From an uncultured Lachnospiraceae bacterium (lineage in GTDB: Bacteria > Bacillota > Clostridia > Lachnospirales > Lachnospiraceae): 59,515 bases of DNA. Below, in pieces: positions 37,758-48,341 of the stretch (within the stretch, counting starts at the first letter, position 1; each line of letters opens with the position of its first letter). The notes beneath the pieces were generated by a model, which searched no databases, was not told the DNA's origin, and was given only the letters and a program-made list of their open reading frames with translations. The stretch spans positions 1-59,515 of the forward strand of contig CAMNGU010000001.1 of NCBI GenBank assembly GCA_946538525.1. The letters run 5' to 3'. Both the position numbers and the translations under genes were made by a program.

Positions 37758-39725
37758 TTATTTGTTTTCTTTATTTTTCTTGTGCTCTTTTTTCTCGATA
37801 TACATTTCTTCATCTGCGAAGCGGAGATATTTTTCAGAAGCATCAGGAACTGCTTCTAAATCTTCGGTTGGGATTTGCATGTAGCAACCCACACTTACTG
37901 AAATCTCATATGCTTTTCCATCAGTTCTTCTCTTTAATGCAATAGCATGACGAAGATTGGTTAGATAGTTTTCAACCAGATCATCATCGTAGTTCTTGGC
38001 AAGAACGATGAATTCATCACCACCAGACCTTATACATATTTCTCCATTGGTGGCTGCTTTCTTCATAGCATATCCAATTGTACATAGACAGTAGTCCCCT
38101 TCGTCATGACCAAGAGTATCATTAACACTCTTCATATTATCCATATCGATTAGGAAAACAGCCAGTCCCTTGTGATTCTCATAACTTTCTTTGTAGAAAC
38201 TATCAAAGAACATTCCATATCCACGACGGTTATAAAGTCCGGTTAAAACATCAGTGCTGTACAGATTTCTCATTTGCTCCAGAGTACTGTTCAGTTCTTG
38301 TTTTGTATTCCAGTTTTCAAGAAGAATACTGATGTTAAGGAACCAGGTCTTCATATTTGCCTGACTAAGATTTTCCAAATCAGGGGAAATGATAAAATAT
38401 CCCATGAAGTATTCAAAGTTATGAATAGGAACTATATGATATGGTTCCGGATCTTCTCTCATTTCATCTGGAAGAATGTGTCCCTTAGGAAGTATACCTC
38501 TTTTGATAGGTCGTCCATTGTACATTCCACAGGTGACTTCGAATTCCAGGTTTCTAAAATCCTCACTGCTTCTTATAACCTTATGCTTATTCCAATCTTT
38601 CATAAGAACCATAACGGCATTCTTAAAACCAGTATCAACCAGACAATTATCTTCGATACTTTTTAGAAAATCTTCGTATGTATCAGAAGCTAGAGCTGAA
38701 AGTAGAAGATTAGTATTAGAAAGTGCCAGTTCATCCAGTCGGGAAATGGTTTTTGAGTATTGCTCTTTAAGCAGGTCTTTCTTATATACATGTTTTGGCT
38801 CACAGCCACAGGATTGATTACATTTAAGTACTCCAGGATCAGCCTTTGTGTGAGGAATCTTCTTTCCGTTCCACAGAGATACTAGAGTGTTGATACCATC
38901 TTTACCTACCTGCTCAAATGGTTGCTCGGAGGTGGTGATGGTAGGATCCGTAAACATTGTTTCTGGAATATTGTCATATCCGGTGACTATAACATCTTCA
39001 GGAACATTTATGCCCCTCTTAGTCAACTCCTGTAAAACACCAATGGCAGAATAATCATTTGCACAGACTATTGCGTCAGGCAGCATTCGGTCAGCCTCGT
39101 GAGAATAATCTTTAATTATCTGATCGACAACTGACTCACCGCAGTCGTACCAAAGATTTCCTTGAACGATATTTCTTTCATTTAAAGGCAGTCCATGCTT
39201 CTTTAGTGTATTCTTGAAAACATCGTATCTTACCTGAGCAAATGCAAGATCAAGTCGTCCTGCCACATGAACAATCTCTTTACAGCCATGAACCTGGATT
39301 AGGTGGTCTATAAGATTTTCAAGAGATTTTTCCTGATCATTTACAACATTATATGTAAAGTCTACATCATTTCCCAAGGTAACAACTGGAGTAGGACATG
39401 CTAATTTGATATCTGTAAGATAATCCAGATAATAATCCGGAAGATATGTGTCCATAGTGATAAGACCGTCAAATTCATTGAGATCTGGCAAGAAATATAT
39501 GGCGAAATCACCTATATCATAGTTTGTGAACTGAGTATCCTTAGTGAATGTACTGAAGTTATCACTGAACGCAGAAAAAAATAGAAGCTTGACGCCCTCT
39601 CTTTTAGCTGCCTGAATTAATCCGTATTGAGTATCTTTTACCATATCTCGATAGATATTAGCGGTAAAAACTGCTACTTTTTTTCTATCTTTTCTATCTT
39701 TTTTATTCATACATGATCTATCCAT
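37758..39725 (-). CDS. LacI-type sugar-binding domain + diguanylate cyclase
   Basis: PDAIVCAND.SA, VPEDV.VTGYD, ITT.EQP; D.LTGLYNRRG, DMDNMK.VND.LGH..GD, RSGGDEF. Confidence 0.9.
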   Translation of the reverse strand: MDRSCMNKKDRKDRKKVAVFTANIYRDMVKDTQYGLIQAAKREGVKLLFFSAFSDNFSTFTKDTQFTNYDIGDFAIYFLPDLNEFDGLITMDTYLPDYYLDYLTDIKLACPTPVVTLGNDVDFTYNVVNDQEKSLENLIDHLIQVHGCKEIVHVAGRLDLAFAQVRYDVFKNTLKKHGLPLNERNIVQGNLWYDCGESVVDQIIKDYSHEADRMLPDAIVCANDYSAIGVLQELTKRGINVPEDVIVTGYDNIPETMFTDPTITTSEQPFEQVGKDGINTLVSLWNGKKIPHTKADPGVLKCNQSCGCEPKHVYKKDLLKEQYSKTISRLDELALSNTNLLLSALASDTYEDFLKSIEDNCLVDTGFKNAVMVLMKDWNKHKVIRSSEDFRNLEFEVTCGMYNGRPIKRGILPKGHILPDEMREDPEPYHIVPIHNFEYFMGYFIISPDLENLSQANMKTWFLNISILLENWNTKQELNSTLEQMRNLYSTDVLTGLYNRRGYGMFFDSFYKESYENHKGLAVFLIDMDNMKSVNDTLGHDEGDYCLCTIGYAMKKAATNGEICIRSGGDEFIVLAKNYDDDLVENYLTNLRHAIALKRRTDGKAYEISVSVGCYMQIPTEDLEAVPDASEKYLRFADEEMYIEKKEHKKNKENK

Positions 39726-39968
39726 ACATGACCCCTTAGTATTAATAGTAAAAACCCCATAACTACAAGGCTATTTTACCATAGATTTGAAGAAATAGAA
39801 ACCGTTTATATGGGCAGTTTAGGAAGTTTTCTAACATGTGTAAATGTCGTTTACGCGCAAATGGATATGTGATAAAATGAGCATTAGGCAGGAAATGCCG
39901 TCCTATGCTTATGGCTAGGGAGTATTAATAAAATAATTAATGCAAAAGTTATCAAGGAGGTTACTAAA

Positions 39969-40343
39969 ATGAAAGTATTCAAGTGTACAAAGTGTGGAAA
40001 TATGATCTCTTATCTTAACAAGGACGCATGCGATGTTAAGTGCTGCGGCGAGACAATGGTTGAGATAGTTCCAAATACAACTGATGCAGCAGGTGAGAAA
40101 CATGTACCTGTTATCGAAATTGATGGAAATATTGTTACAGTTAAGGTTGGTTCTGTTGAACATCCTATGATGGATGCACATTATATTCAGTGGATTGTTC
40201 TTGAGACAGAGCAAGGAAGACAGCGTAAGACTCTTAATCCAGGCGATAAGCCGGTGGCAGTATTTGCTCTTGCAGAGGGTGATAAAGCTGTTGAAGCTTA
40301 TGAGTATTGCAATCTTCATGGATTATGGAAAGCTGAAGCATAA
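39969..40343 (+). CDS. dfx: Desulfoferrodoxin / superoxide reductase
   Basis: CTKCGN...CCGE, EKHVP, HPM..AHYI, CNLHGLW. Confidence 0.95.
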   Translation: MKVFKCTKCGNMISYLNKDACDVKCCGETMVEIVPNTTDAAGEKHVPVIEIDGNIVTVKVGSVEHPMMDAHYIQWIVLETEQGRQRKTLNPGDKPVAVFALAEGDKAVEAYEYCNLHGLWKAEA

Positions 40344-40399
40344 ATTGGTATTTTATTTCATATTGTGTCAAATAAACAATAGTATCGAGGATAAATGTT

Positions 40400-41470
40400 G
40401 TGGGGGCAATAGGAAACTTCATCAATAAGGATATTAAATATCAAAATGAAAAAAAGACAATAGTAGTATCTTTAAGAATTCTTTACATAGTTATATTTTT
40501 GGCTTTTATTCTGGATATAGCTATATCCGGAATAGAAGTCATTACATTATTTCCGTACAGAATAATTGGCTTAATGATTGCCAATATTCTTCTTTTTGCA
40601 CTTACATATCATCTAAAGACAAGTCCGTCACTAATTCTTTTTATCCTGTTTTTGGTATTATTTATTAATTCAATGATTCCGTGTTTCGGCTGGAGTGCCG
40701 GTATGCAGAATTATTATATTATCATTTTGATGCTGTGCTTCTTCGCCACATTTGGTAAAACGGTTTATAAGTTTATGTATGCCGGTTTTGTTCTGCTCGT
40801 GCGAATCATAACCATAGGTGTTTATGGAGGACTAAAACAGGAATATGTGAGCTGGGTAGATGATAAGCTTCTTCAAATCACAAATATTTCTGCAGTATTT
40901 ATAGCTATCATTTTCATTTCCTATATGTTCAGTAAAACTGAAAATGAAGCTGAGAATAAGCTTATGAAGTATAATGATCAGTTGAAGAAGGAAGCCAATA
41001 CGGATCAGCTTACCGGGCTCTTCAATAGGCGCCGTGCTTATGAGTATCTTCAAAGTGTAAAGAGAACTACGGATTCTGGAATGGTAAGTGTGGCTATGGG
41101 AGATATAGATTTCTTCAAGAAGGTAAATGATACCTATGGCCATGACGCTGGTGATGAGGTTCTCAAAACTGTAGCCGGTATCATGAAAGAGAAGTGCCGA
41201 AGCTCTTCTGTCATTGCCCGTTGGGGAGGAGAAGAATTTCTTATAATTCTTCCGGATTGTAATGGCGATAATGCATTTATAGCCATAGAACGGCTTCGAA
41301 ATGAAATTCAGAATACGGTTATAAAAATTGAGGATTCTGAGATAAAAATTACCATGACTTTTGGACTTACTGAATTTGGAATCACATCAAGTATTGATAG
41401 TGTAATCAAAGAAGCAGATGAAAAACTGTATTATGGAAAAACTAATGGAAGAAATCAGGTTGTTTACTAA
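40400..41470 (+). CDS. Membrane-anchored diguanylate cyclase
   Basis: About six N-terminal TMs; DIDFFK.VND.YGH..GD, RWGGEEF. Confidence 0.9.
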   Translation: MGAIGNFINKDIKYQNEKKTIVVSLRILYIVIFLAFILDIAISGIEVITLFPYRIIGLMIANILLFALTYHLKTSPSLILFILFLVLFINSMIPCFGWSAGMQNYYIIILMLCFFATFGKTVYKFMYAGFVLLVRIITIGVYGGLKQEYVSWVDDKLLQITNISAVFIAIIFISYMFSKTENEAENKLMKYNDQLKKEANTDQLTGLFNRRRAYEYLQSVKRTTDSGMVSVAMGDIDFFKKVNDTYGHDAGDEVLKTVAGIMKEKCRSSSVIARWGGEEFLIILPDCNGDNAFIAIERLRNEIQNTVIKIEDSEIKITMTFGLTEFGITSSIDSVIKEADEKLYYGKTNGRNQVVY

Positions 41471-41500
41471 CTCGCTTTAATGAATTTAAAATGATTATAT

Positions 41501-41553
41501 AAATGTATCATTTGAATTATTAACTGAGGTTAAATTTCAAATGATACATTTTT
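41501..41553 (+). terminator. 16-bp perfect inverted repeat, probable terminator
   Basis: AAATGTATCATTTGAA (41501-16) / TTCAAATGATACATTT (41536-51). Confidence 0.65.
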
Positions 41554-41581
41554 ATCGCTTAAAACTTACGAGGAGAAATAT

Positions 41582-42712
41582 ATGAGATATCCTAAATTTT
41601 TGCCTTCTGGGGGAACAATCGGTTTTATAGCACCATCCTTTGGGTGTTCTATTGAACCATATAAAACAAGATTTGAGAATGCACTTCGTATATTTCAGGA
41701 AAAAGGTTTCAAGACATACCTTGGGCCAAACTGCTATTCGGACACAGGCATAGGTATCAGTAATTCACCGGAAAAATGTGGAGAAGAACTGAATGCCATA
41801 ATGACTAAGGGAACCTGCAAGGATGGGGACCAAGTAGCTGATGTGGTTATGACCTGTGGCGGTGGGGAGTTAATGTGTGAGGTTGTTCCTTATATAGATT
41901 TTGAGGCAATCAAAAACAGCGAACCTAAATGGTACATGGGATATTCGGATAATTCAAATTATACTTTTCTTTCTGCCATTCTGGCTGATACGGCTGCAAT
42001 ATATGGTCCCTGTGCACCAGCCTTTGGAAGAGAACCCTGGCATGAATCTGTGTACGATGCCATGAGGCTTATAACCGGGGAGATAGATGAGATACATAGC
42101 TATAACCTCTGGGAGAGATATGACTACTCGGAAATGGATGAGATAGATATGGAACCGAAAGAAGTAGATCCACTTCTTCCATATAATGTGACGGAGAAAC
42201 CTGAATATTTTTATTTTATTTCAGATTATGAGTCACATGATAAGCAAAATAGGCCAGAAATAATATCTGGTAATTCATTTACAGATAAAGTATCAATACA
42301 TGGAAGACTTCTGGGCGGATGCGTAGATATTTTAACTCTCCATGTAGGAACTAAGTATGATAAAGTGTCTGAGTTTCTTGAAAAGTATAAAGATGATGGT
42401 TTTATTTGGTTCCTTGAATGTTGTGATCTGGATCCGCTCTCTATGAGAAGAGCTTACTGGCAGATGAGAGAGGCAGGTTGGTTCAAATATGTAAAGGGAT
42501 TTCTTATCGGAAGACCAAGACATTTTGGAGAAGAAGCCTTGGGCGCTGATCAATATAATGCAGTGACAGAAATACTTGGTGGATTAGATGCTCCAATCAT
42601 TATGGATCTGGATATAGGACATATGCCACCTATGATGCCGATTATTACTGGAGCGCTGGCTGATGTTGAAGCTTCAGGAAATAAGCTTACAATGAAATAT
42701 GATTTTAGATAG
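41582..42712 (+). CDS. Peptidase S66 (LD-carboxypeptidase / MccF-like)
   Basis: IGFIAPS, GYSD (Ser), GRLLGGC, WFLE (Glu), DIGH (His). Confidence 0.88.
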   Translation: MRYPKFLPSGGTIGFIAPSFGCSIEPYKTRFENALRIFQEKGFKTYLGPNCYSDTGIGISNSPEKCGEELNAIMTKGTCKDGDQVADVVMTCGGGELMCEVVPYIDFEAIKNSEPKWYMGYSDNSNYTFLSAILADTAAIYGPCAPAFGREPWHESVYDAMRLITGEIDEIHSYNLWERYDYSEMDEIDMEPKEVDPLLPYNVTEKPEYFYFISDYESHDKQNRPEIISGNSFTDKVSIHGRLLGGCVDILTLHVGTKYDKVSEFLEKYKDDGFIWFLECCDLDPLSMRRAYWQMREAGWFKYVKGFLIGRPRHFGEEALGADQYNAVTEILGGLDAPIIMDLDIGHMPPMMPIITGALADVEASGNKLTMKYDFR

Positions 42713-42814
42713 TTAATGGGGATAAACCTAAAAACTATATGACATAAAATAAAAATGGACTAAAACATTTGGCTAAAATGCTTGAAAATAGTTCGAAAAA
42801 GAAAGGGGAAAAGT

Positions 42815-43525
42815 ATGAGAATAGCAGTTTGTGATGATGAAGAAAAGTTCCGCAATCAGGCCAGGGAGATGGTTGATAAGTTGGCAGGTAGTCTGGATGT
42901 AATAGTTGATGCCTATTCAGATGGACGAAAGCTTCTTGAAGCCTTCGATAAGAATCCATATGATGTTTTATTTCTGGATATTGAAATGCCTGCAATGGAT
43001 GGAATAACTCTTGCAAAGAAGCTGAGAGAAAGAAGTGATAGTATATATATCGTATTCCTTACAGGACATGTAGAATATGCCCTTGAAGGGTATGAGGTAA
43101 ATGCCCTTCGTTACCTTACAAAACCGGTGCAGGAAGAAAAACTTCGTGAGGTACTTCGCTTTGTTATGGATAACAGTAAGAGTAAGAGGCAGTTGATGAT
43201 AAGAGAAGACGGTGAAGAGCTACTTCTAAATGTGGCAGATATCATTTACTTTGAGGCACAGAATCAGTACATCATGATATATACTACAGAAGGAAATCAT
43301 TTGGTAAGGTACAATATTGGAGATTTCGAGGAACAGCTTAAAAATGATGGCTTCTTCAGAATACATAGAGGATATCTGATCTCTCTTGCAAAGGTGAAGA
43401 AATTGGTTAAGTCTGAGGTTATTATGGAGGCGGCAGAAGGAGATATTAATCTTCCAGTCAGTCGTTCAAATGTTAAATCTCTCAAAGAAACACTTTATGC
43501 TTATGTGGAAAATACTGCATTTTAA
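42815..43525 (+). CDS. LytTR-family response regulator
   Basis: IAVCDDE, LDIEMP, YLTKP; FFRIHRGYLI LytTR motif. Confidence 0.93.
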   Translation: MRIAVCDDEEKFRNQAREMVDKLAGSLDVIVDAYSDGRKLLEAFDKNPYDVLFLDIEMPAMDGITLAKKLRERSDSIYIVFLTGHVEYALEGYEVNALRYLTKPVQEEKLREVLRFVMDNSKSKRQLMIREDGEELLLNVADIIYFEAQNQYIMIYTTEGNHLVRYNIGDFEEQLKNDGFFRIHRGYLISLAKVKKLVKSEVIMEAAEGDINLPVSRSNVKSLKETLYAYVENTAF

Positions 43526-43606
43526 AATGCGTTCTATAAATTGTGTGATGCAAAATGTGTTATAAAAAAATGTTTTTTACAGATAAGAAAAAAGGGTCAT
43601 AATTAG

Positions 43607-45145
43607 ATGGAAGCAGTACTTAGTTACTTATTTATTGCATTGTCAGATATTTCATTTATGTTGGCGATGCTTGTTATAGTGTTAGTGTCAGCATGTTTTC
43701 TGGGACGGTATATAAAGATAACAAGAAAGATGGTCATTGCCACCTGTGGTGTATTAATCTTTCAGATAGTATTCCTTGTGGGAATGGAAATAATTTTAAA
43801 AATCAGATTTCCGGAAGCTTATGAAATTCTGGATAATATGTCAAATACGGATATGATGACAGAAGGGGACTCACAATACGACTTGGTTAAGACATTTAGT
43901 GATATGGCATCTCTTATATTGAATGGTGGAGTCTTCATTTATGCATTCATATTTTATCTTTTGGCATATAAAGAAAAAAGACTGTTTAGAGCAACTGAAT
44001 CACTCATATGTCTATGGCTTTATTACCAGTATATAAATAATATGATCATGTATACATATGTGTATTTCAGAGGTGGTAAATTTGAACTATTGGATGAAAT
44101 ATATTTTAATGTTGGTGGAATAGAAAATATTATCATTCAGGATGTGATGATAGGCTCAGCATTTATTATCTCTGTAGTGTTGTTTTTAATACTGTATTTT
44201 GTATATTTCAAAAAGAAAAGATTTTATGTGGTCAGGGTCAGGGACAGGATACTTTTCGTAGTATGGCTTGTCATATTTGTATATTTTCCTTCACTTCCAA
44301 TGTACTATTCGGAAATGCCAGGCAGATATAAAATGTTAAGCTATGTATTTGGTGCATTGCTGCCTGTACTAGGTGGACTGGCGCCTATCATTTTGGTTAT
44401 GACTGTGGCAGAGAAAAACCTGAGAGAGAAAAATGAGTATCAGGAAACATATCTTACTGCTGAGTTGGAATATATTGAGCAGTATAAGAGGACGCAGACT
44501 GAAACCAGAGCCTTTAGACATGATATAATCAATAACCTTTCCCTTACTAATATGATGCTGGATGAAGGCAAGGTTGAAGAGGCCAGCCAGCACCTTAAAG
44601 AACTTCTGGGAAGTGTCAGAGCACTGTCACCTTCAATCATTACAGGTGATGAAATGCTGGATTGTATAGTTTCTATGAAGGTTGATAAGATGAAGGAGAT
44701 TGGACTGGATTATTCTCTGGATGGAGTTATTGATGGTGGACTTCATATGAAGCCAATGGATGTATGTAGCATCTTTGCGAATGCATTGGATAATGCAATA
44801 GAGGCTGCATCAAAGTGTATGGATACAGAATCTGAAAAAGTATCTCAAAAAGAATCCGAAAAAGAATCTGGTATTACAGCAGGAGAAAATAAAGCTCCAA
44901 GGGTGGATCTTAAGATTAAGCGAACTGAAAAGTTCTTTATTGTCAGGATATCCAATTCTGCTAAGGAAAAGGTGGATGTGGAGAAGCTTTTTATGAGTTC
45001 AGGTTATACCTCGAAAAATGATAAAGAACATCATGGCTTCGGTCTTAGAAATATCCGCGATTCAGCTGAAAAGTATGATGGACTTGTAAAAGCAGAATCA
45101 GATGATAATACATTTGCATTATCAGTTATGATACCTAGAAAATAA
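43607..45145 (+). CDS. Multi-TM GHKL histidine kinase (AgrC/VirS-like)
   Basis: About seven TMs, FRHDIINNL H-box, NALDNAIEA, HGFGL.NI. Confidence 0.9.
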   Translation: MEAVLSYLFIALSDISFMLAMLVIVLVSACFLGRYIKITRKMVIATCGVLIFQIVFLVGMEIILKIRFPEAYEILDNMSNTDMMTEGDSQYDLVKTFSDMASLILNGGVFIYAFIFYLLAYKEKRLFRATESLICLWLYYQYINNMIMYTYVYFRGGKFELLDEIYFNVGGIENIIIQDVMIGSAFIISVVLFLILYFVYFKKKRFYVVRVRDRILFVVWLVIFVYFPSLPMYYSEMPGRYKMLSYVFGALLPVLGGLAPIILVMTVAEKNLREKNEYQETYLTAELEYIEQYKRTQTETRAFRHDIINNLSLTNMMLDEGKVEEASQHLKELLGSVRALSPSIITGDEMLDCIVSMKVDKMKEIGLDYSLDGVIDGGLHMKPMDVCSIFANALDNAIEAASKCMDTESEKVSQKESEKESGITAGENKAPRVDLKIKRTEKFFIVRISNSAKEKVDVEKLFMSSGYTSKNDKEHHGFGLRNIRDSAEKYDGLVKAESDDNTFALSVMIPRK

Positions 45146-45149
45146 AATG

Positions 45150-45184
45150 AAAAACACCGGCGATTTTGTTTCGCTGGTGTTTTT
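45150..45184 (+). terminator. Rho-independent terminator
   Basis: AAAAACACCGGCGA-TTTTGTT-TCGCTGGTGTTTTT. Confidence 0.85.
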
Positions 45185-45329
45185 ATTGCTTTTTTTATGA
45201 CTTTATGTTTTTTCTATGATTTATGGGCTATATTTGATATAATAACTATGATTATGCTTTAGAATTTTATATGTAATTGTTGAAAAATATTTATTGGGGT
45301 AAAAACAAATATCGTTAGGGGATGATAGT

Positions 45330-47987
45330 TTGGAGAAGAAGGGGATTTTCAATAAAATAGCTGAAGCGCTTCTACAGGACTATACCAGTGTTTACTATGT
45401 GGACGCTGTAACAAATGAGTATTACTGGTATTCAAATAATTCTGGTTATAGTTCATTGAAACTGGAACCTAAAGGCGAAGATTTTTTTGTTAATATCGTA
45501 AGAGATGCAAAGCAGGTTGTACATGAAGATGACCTGCATATCTTTACAGAGGAATTCCAGAAAGATAAGCTTGTCGCACAGATGAAGAAGGGCGAGATGC
45601 AGAAGATTGAATACCGACTTATGATTGATGGTAAGCCGGTTTATCATACACTGCGTCTTATTCGTGGTGCTGGTGAAGGACATGATTATTTCATCATAGG
45701 TGTTTTGAATATTGATAAAGAAGTTCGTCAGAGAATTCAGGAAGAAGAAGAAAAGAAGAGAACTCAGGAGGAAAACTCGAAGGCTCAGGAAATAGCTCGT
45801 CGTGATGAACTGACTGGTATTAGAAATAAATTTGCATACAAAGAACATATCGATACATTGCAGGAAAGAATAGATGCCGGCGAGGAACCTCAGTTTGCAA
45901 TAGCTGTTTTTGATATAAATGGACTTAAGGCCACCAATGATACTTTAGGCCATCGTGCAGGCGATGAGTTGATAAAGGCTTCTTGTAAACTGATATGTAA
46001 TACATTTAGACATAGTCCTGTTTTTAGAATAGGTGGAGATGAATTTGTTGCTATTCTAATGGGTGAAGACTTTATAGACAGGAAAGATATAATCCATAGA
46101 TTTCAGGCTATAGTTGAGGGAAACATAGTAAGTGGAAAAACTCCAGTGGTTGCAGTTGGAGCTTCCTCGGTAAGAGTGGAGCTTGATAAGAATATCAGCG
46201 ATGTGTTTGAAAGAGCTGATGCTTTGATGTACGAGAATAAATCAAATCTTAAAGTTAAAGAAACCAATAAGACCATTGTAGATTCAAATGGAACAGAAAA
46301 ACATACAATTTCTGATGATAGAAGAGTGAAATTAGATACTCTCTTTAAGGCTTTTTCTAGTGTGGCTGATGATGTTTATGTTTATCTTTGCGATATGAGA
46401 TATGACTTTTCCAGATGGTCAAGCGCAGCAGTTGAGCTTTTTGGCCTTCCTTCAGAGTATATGTATGCAGCAGGGGATATTTGGGAGACTCGAATTCATC
46501 CTGATGATAAAGAAGTATATCACGCTGGAATAAAAGATATATTTAATGGCATTTATAATAGTCATGACATGCAGTACAGAGCCCGTAAAGTTAATGGTGA
46601 TTATGATGTTTGTACCTGTCATGGTATGGTTCTTAGGGATGAAAAGGATAATCCGGATTATTTTGTGGGAACTATCCGTAATCATGGAATGCATTCTCAG
46701 GTGGATACATTAACAGGTCTTAGAAATCTGTATGGATTCATGGAAGATATCAGGATGAATTTGCGCAAAGAACAGGAAATGGAGATAACGCTTATTGGTA
46801 TAAGCAAGTTTTCTGAGATTAATGAGATATATGGATATAATTTTGGAAATAGAATTCTTCAGCAGTTTGCCCGTCATCTTTATGAGACTGTAGGAAATAC
46901 AGGTGCAGTGTATAGACTTGATGGAACGAAGTTCGCTATATCTGGATATACTTATTCACCAGATGAGGTTAGAGAAAGATATGCAAGGCTGAGAAATCAT
47001 TTTCGTAAGGGCTATATAGTTGATGGTAGAAATATAATTTTAGATTTAAATGCCGGTCATATAACCGTAGATAATTTCAGTGTAGATGATCAGACGATTT
47101 ATTCATGTCTTAACTTTGCATATACTGAAAGTAAGTCAAAAATGCAGGGAGATATGTTTGAATTCTATAATAATCTGAATGATGAGAACAAACATAGGCT
47201 TGAAAAACTTCATGAAATTCGTGGTTCCATCTTGAAGGATTATAAGGGATTTTATCTTCTGTATCAGCCGGTTGTTGATTCAAATAATGAAAAGATAATA
47301 GGTGCAGAGGCTCTGCTTCGTTGGAAAAATGATAAGTATGGAGTGGTTCCACCGGATCATTTTATTCCAATGCTTGAGAAGGATCCTCTATTCCCGCAGC
47401 TTGGAAAATGGATTCTTCAGACTGCGATAGATGCAGCAAAGATTGTTCTTAAGTCTAATCCTGATTTCATGATAAATGTTAATCTATCATATACGCAGAT
47501 GGAAAAACCTGATTTTGTGGATATGGTTTTGGAAGTGCTTGAGCAGTCAGAATTTCCTGCTGAACATCTGTGTCTTGAGATGACAGAGAGATGTAGACTT
47601 CTTGATATCAATCTTTTGAAAAATGTGGTAGTAAACCTTCGTGGACATGGAGTTAAGATTGCGCTGGATGACTTCGGTACCGGATTCTCATCTGTAGGAG
47701 TAATTAAGTTCCTGCCATTTGATATTATTAAGATTGATCGTACTTTTGTTCGAAGAATTGAAGAAGACGAGTTAGAGCAAAAATTGATTCAGAACTTTGT
47801 AAATGTGGCTTCAACATTTGGCGCAAAGGTATGTGTTGAAGGAATTGAAACAGAGGGAATGAAAGATATTCTGAAGACCTATAATGTTCAGAGTTTCCAG
47901 GGATATTTCTATTCGAAACCTATGGAATTAGCAGACTTCCTGGAGCTGAACTTTGAAAAAATGCTTAAACAGGATACTAGAATATAA
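45330..47987 (+). CDS. PAS-like + GGDEF + PAS + degenerate GGDEF + EAL protein
   Basis: RIGGDEF (first GGDEF), IHPDD PAS_3, RLDGTKF (degenerate second), AEALLRW, DDFGTG, KID, EGIE, QGY; TTG start after AGGGG. Confidence 0.9.
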   Translation: MEKKGIFNKIAEALLQDYTSVYYVDAVTNEYYWYSNNSGYSSLKLEPKGEDFFVNIVRDAKQVVHEDDLHIFTEEFQKDKLVAQMKKGEMQKIEYRLMIDGKPVYHTLRLIRGAGEGHDYFIIGVLNIDKEVRQRIQEEEEKKRTQEENSKAQEIARRDELTGIRNKFAYKEHIDTLQERIDAGEEPQFAIAVFDINGLKATNDTLGHRAGDELIKASCKLICNTFRHSPVFRIGGDEFVAILMGEDFIDRKDIIHRFQAIVEGNIVSGKTPVVAVGASSVRVELDKNISDVFERADALMYENKSNLKVKETNKTIVDSNGTEKHTISDDRRVKLDTLFKAFSSVADDVYVYLCDMRYDFSRWSSAAVELFGLPSEYMYAAGDIWETRIHPDDKEVYHAGIKDIFNGIYNSHDMQYRARKVNGDYDVCTCHGMVLRDEKDNPDYFVGTIRNHGMHSQVDTLTGLRNLYGFMEDIRMNLRKEQEMEITLIGISKFSEINEIYGYNFGNRILQQFARHLYETVGNTGAVYRLDGTKFAISGYTYSPDEVRERYARLRNHFRKGYIVDGRNIILDLNAGHITVDNFSVDDQTIYSCLNFAYTESKSKMQGDMFEFYNNLNDENKHRLEKLHEIRGSILKDYKGFYLLYQPVVDSNNEKIIGAEALLRWKNDKYGVVPPDHFIPMLEKDPLFPQLGKWILQTAIDAAKIVLKSNPDFMINVNLSYTQMEKPDFVDMVLEVLEQSEFPAEHLCLEMTERCRLLDINLLKNVVVNLRGHGVKIALDDFGTGFSSVGVIKFLPFDIIKIDRTFVRRIEEDELEQKLIQNFVNVASTFGAKVCVEGIETEGMKDILKTYNVQSFQGYFYSKPMELADFLELNFEKMLKQDTRI

Positions 47988-48023
47988 TAAAAAATTATTA
48001 AATTATTTAAGGAGACTTTATAG

Positions 48024-48341
48024 ATGGGTAAACTTAAGAATTCTGATACCCACCATTTGAATTTTTTCGATTATGGTGTTCCATTTACGGGAAGCTTAGG
48101 TGGCATATTTGGAATGCAGTATAGAATTACCAGGGACCCTATGGTCAATACTATTTATGATAAAAAAGAAAGAGAAAATCCAGATGCTCGTCTTCTTGGA
48201 GAGGTTTGGATAGGCCCTCTTGCATATGACAAGATGGATTCAGAGGAGATAACCTCCAAGAAATTCCCATTCACCGAAGAGGGAAAAGCCGAGCTGGTGG
48301 ATTGGCTAAATGAAATATATGAGAAAGAGTATAAAAAATGA
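48024..48341 (+). CDS. Hypothetical 105-aa protein, translationally coupled to dnaA
   Basis: AAGGAG SD; the following ATG at 48338 overlaps its TGA (ATGA). Confidence 0.75.
   Translation: MGKLKNSDTHHLNFFDYGVPFTGSLGGIFGMQYRITRDPMVNTIYDKKERENPDARLLGEVWIGPLAYDKMDSEEITSKKFPFTEEGKAELVDWLNEIYEKEYKK

Noticed and set aside
39850-39921. Riboswitch in the dfx leader
   Set aside because: There is a plausible promoter (TTTACG-17-TAAAAT) and two small hairpins, but no match to a riboswitch consensus I know and no terminator.
41582-42712. Microcin C biosynthetic/immunity cluster
   Set aside because: The S66 peptidase stands alone; no MccB-like adenylyltransferase or precursor peptide nearby.
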